A stretch of 64,000 nucleotides of DNA from the NCBI GenBank assembly GCA_047495785.1, contig JBLDXI010000019.1:930001-994000 (forward strand), given 5' to 3'. A program made the translations under genes and the position numbers. Below the pieces are notes generated by a model. That model worked only from the letters and a program-made list of their open reading frames with translations. It did no database searches and was not told the origin of the DNA. This document shows, in pieces, positions 61,301 through 64,000 of the stretch (position 1 is its first letter; each line of letters opens with the position of its first letter). This stretch comes from Lepidodermella squamata (Eukaryota; Animalia; Gastrotricha).

Positions 61301-64000
61301 TTTCGGTCATAAGCCGGTAGAAAATCGTTACTATAATCAGGCTCGTTCTCAGAATTCCACTCGTTGTGCCCGACATGTAAACTCGACAACGAGATTGGGA
61401 AAATTCCGGGTCCTAAATCGATCCAATAAAATTGACCGGGTGAAAATGACACAGAATCACTCTGACACGGGATTTCCATCAAATGCGGCAGGAAAACAAC
61501 GGAAGAATTAGCGCAAAGGGTTTGGCAAATCAGGGCGTCTTCGCTGCTCAAAACGCTGAAATGGCACCAACTGGACGGGTCAAACCAAGGCCAATACTTG
61601 TTACCAGTATATCGTTTTTCGACAACAGCCCCGCAATCTTCCGCTCCGAATTCGATTCTGCTATCAGGGCCGAGGAGAATTTTAGCGTTATCGGCTGGCA
61701 AAATTAGGGTATTAACGCGATCGATAGGGTGATTTAGTACGACGGGAGAGAAACTGGCGAGACTGCCTGGAAAAATTATTTCCGACTGAGCGTGGCAAGT
61801 TGCGTGGTCCTCGCCCATCTCCCAATTCAAGGCGGACGACCAAACTGAAGATCTATCAGAGTTCCATACGAGATTTCTGATGCAAGATACGAGACATAAA
61901 AAGGTGGTAAGAGCAAGAAGGACGACACTCCAAGAAAACAGTAGGATTTGCATTTCACGTGTCAGGGTGCAAATTTCGGTATCAACGAGAGGCGAAATTT
62001 ACAGCTGAAATATTTGCATCCTGTCGGCACTGACCGAGACGAACTGAAATCCCCGACTACTCATATATTTATAATATAACCAGAAGCGCATGCAATTAAG
62101 CGTTAAACCATGCGATGTATTCATAACACATGCGGGGTAGTCGGAGTTCTTACTTTGTCTCCTTTGATTTAGGTTGCAACAAGTGAATAGGCCTATGAAG
62201 CCAGCATAAAATTTGGCAAAAAAAAATAATTTTTACAAAATATAACTTTAGTTAAATTGGATTTTGTTATCGAAGTCATACCGTAGTGAAGGTAAGAGTT
62301 GCCTGAGTATAGGCTCCAGATAGCAATCGAGCGCCTCCAATTGTTCGTGGAATTCTTCTTCGATTTGTTCGATTTCACGCTGTCGCTCAGCTTCATCCGC
62401 ATCTCCATCCTCGGCGATAACATCCCCGAGATCTTCAGGCACTCTCGGTAAAGCCACCTCAGTACATGCTGCCTCATGGGGCTGGCTAGGTGGTTTTGAG
62501 CCATCACCGCCCGTAGCACTCATTTTCTGGCGCTTCATCACAACATCAGCCTGAGAAAAAATAAAGAAAATGGCATTTTTTTTCGTGAAATTATCACCGC
62601 AAACAACTTTCAAGTTAAAAAAATATGAGAAGTAAAAAATATTTAAAAAATGATCAAAATCGTAAAATATTTAAATTTCGATTAAACTTCGGATTTCAAT
62701 CGTTAAATTTTCGAATTTTTATAATTTTAAATTCAAATAATTTTTATCAATTTTCTCAAATTAATTTTTAAATTTCTGAAAAATAATCTTTTAGGTGATC
62801 TCGAAGTAAGGTAAGAAATAACTGAATTTACCTGGTATCGATGTTTTAGGCTGATCTGGCCGACTTTGGAATCGGCAGACCGCCATCCGCCCAGCAGTAG
62901 GTCAAATTGACTGGAACCGAGCTCCAACCTCGCAACCCTAGCGCTCGACGCCTGTTGCGCCGCTGCCGCCTGAGCAGCAGCCGCCGCAGCCGCGCCAGGC
63001 GCCTGGTTCTTCTTACCCGCCCCGGCTGCTTCTTTCGGCGGTTTGCCACTCTGCCGCTCGGGAATGGCCGCGTACAAATACCGGTGATCGGGCGAGTGTT
63101 GCAGGATTAAAAACGTGAAATTCGGCGGGAAATCTTTCATAATTTCCTGCTGATTCTGCGACAGCACCAGGCGCCGCCAAGCCATTGACTTCTGCTCCAG
63201 CAATTTGATTACATTCCGATACAGCGGGGATGACATTAAATTTGTCTCAACGGAATATTTCTCAAAATTTTTCAGTTGATTCAAGAGAGACGCCTGAAGA
63301 GAGGCGTTTGTATCAGGTTGGGACAGCCATACTAAATCGTCCAGATACAACGACGCTGAGCAGTTTTGATGTACCATCAAGTAATAAGCGCTCATCGACG
63401 GTTCCATTTGACCGAACAACTCGACCAGTTGGATCGATGCGGCTGCACAAACTTTCCGATTGCCGATTTTTAGGGACAGGGTAACCGCTTGCTGTAAAAA
63501 TTCGCAGGCTTGAGCGAGGTAGCGCTTTGAACGATCCAATGCTTTTGCGTTTTCTGACAACATTACTTCAAGGTTGTGAACGTCCATGGCCGTTAGTTGC
63601 CGCTGTTCCCCATCCGCATCGACTATATCGACTTCAGGCGGCGGTGGGGGTGGTTGATCTGATGTCAAAGCCAATGTTGTAGAAGTGAGCTGTTCGGATA
63701 GCGTTATTGTGCCCCGAGTCGTTCCTGGTTCTAAAGTAGGTACTTGAGGTGGGGTAGCAGCTGCTGTTTGCCGAGACAGCGGTCGCGGCGATTCGCCCTC
63801 TGGAGCGGAGGCGGGTTTGGCGACGGGTACTTGGTTATCGATTACAATACCGCGCTGCGTCACTTCCCACTGAATAGGCGGATCTGGTGAGCAAATCTGA
63901 GCCGATAACAGCGATAATTTGCCGAGTAAACCAAGAACTTCTGCTTTCATGTTCGCAGTATGTGTCGAGAAATGGAATGCAGTTTTCAGCCATGCGAATA
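58379..64000 (-). CDS. CFAP46: Cilia/flagella-associated protein 46 (TTC40), 3' part, multi-exon
   Basis: LILQHSPDHRYLY, ADPALLELPLEA, RDFSMELL, GSDHTPSPGEWE..GFIYYGTE and VCYGLP motifs; exon phases are consistent. Confidence 0.85.
59914..61953 (-). CDS. AMN: Amnionless (cubilin co-receptor), intronless, nested in a CFAP46 intron
   Basis: Signal peptide; W..ALNW, WFDPSSW and PH...IPCQSDSVSF motifs; Cys-rich segment (CCP..CG); TM segment; cytosolic FENPLY (NPxY). Confidence 0.85.
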   Translation of the reverse strand: MQILLFSWSVVLLALTTFLCLVSCIRNLVWNSDRSSVWSSALNWEMGEDHATCHAQSEIIFPGSLASFSPVVLNHPIDRVNTLILPADNAKILLGPDSRIEFGAEDCGAVVEKRYTGNKYWPWFDPSSWCHFSVLSSEDALICQTLCANSSVVFLPHLMEIPCQSDSVSFSPGQFYWIDLGPGIFPISLSSLHVGHNEWNSENEPDYSNDFLPAYDRNHGMGQINFLSSFSRIVFERTLPSLPDTCELASSQVNEMVCAFVEDEDCRSDKPPKCPSGYSLRVKPFGSCCPLANKCGLIHDVALPENLDTFEFMQKIAESAVNPGVNSRLKRFRRQESRINKAASSIASLLQHAGATMSLTRQSLKLGQLSVFLHLITDFPSATQARRIATLEQDLISILESELSVRSIEATHPNSEKISSQATSETNSTPIYVTVIVAIFSCLFGLTVYMWFRNRLEPVRRAGAACVDFTANSGRQIRDFITATNRRESPLEMTTSSYAVGIQPTQSELNDPPQSDDSTFPRGFSLVSGALAERARKLKLKPRLSALASKAITIVEEAVPSSSYARFGENEEEIPSRTTNEPENVAKIDQVTDTWAESDIVDTVAEVRIHQSDPQQASSSLQNIARKLASKSKLRKTRKPKSDISFENPLYGKDEETVPEEDEVEEEEEEKPSDNEPED

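Overview
This is eukaryotic DNA from a compact, gene-dense animal genome, with short GT-AG introns (mostly 40-60 nt) and frequent TTTCAG/TTTTAG acceptors. It is probably a ciliated invertebrate, since CFAP46, CCDC181 and bark beetle/anakonda homologues are present; the taxon cannot be fixed from sequence alone. From about 9.4 kb onward it holds recognisable genes: a Cys-loop receptor, a ~409-aa histone H2A variant, an ASCb-class achaete-scute bHLH, PNISR, OPA1, CNOT2, a FEX fluoride exporter, DPY19L, a LIM-only protein, dymeclin, bark beetle, CCDC181-like, a synaptotagmin-like gene, and CFAP46 with amnionless nested in one of its introns. The first ~9 kb is an accessory-looking block. It contains an RPA70-like tandem OB-fold gene broken by a 24-bp perfect palindrome with an 8-bp target-site duplication, an intact spliced gene fusing RRM-like domains to a Penelope-type Cys/GIY-YIG endonuclease with no reverse transcriptase, and two paralogous orphan membrane proteins. 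The best novelty candidates are that OB-fold plus RRM-GIY-YIG cassette and the giant H2A variant. All homology calls come from visual motif recognition; no searches were run.
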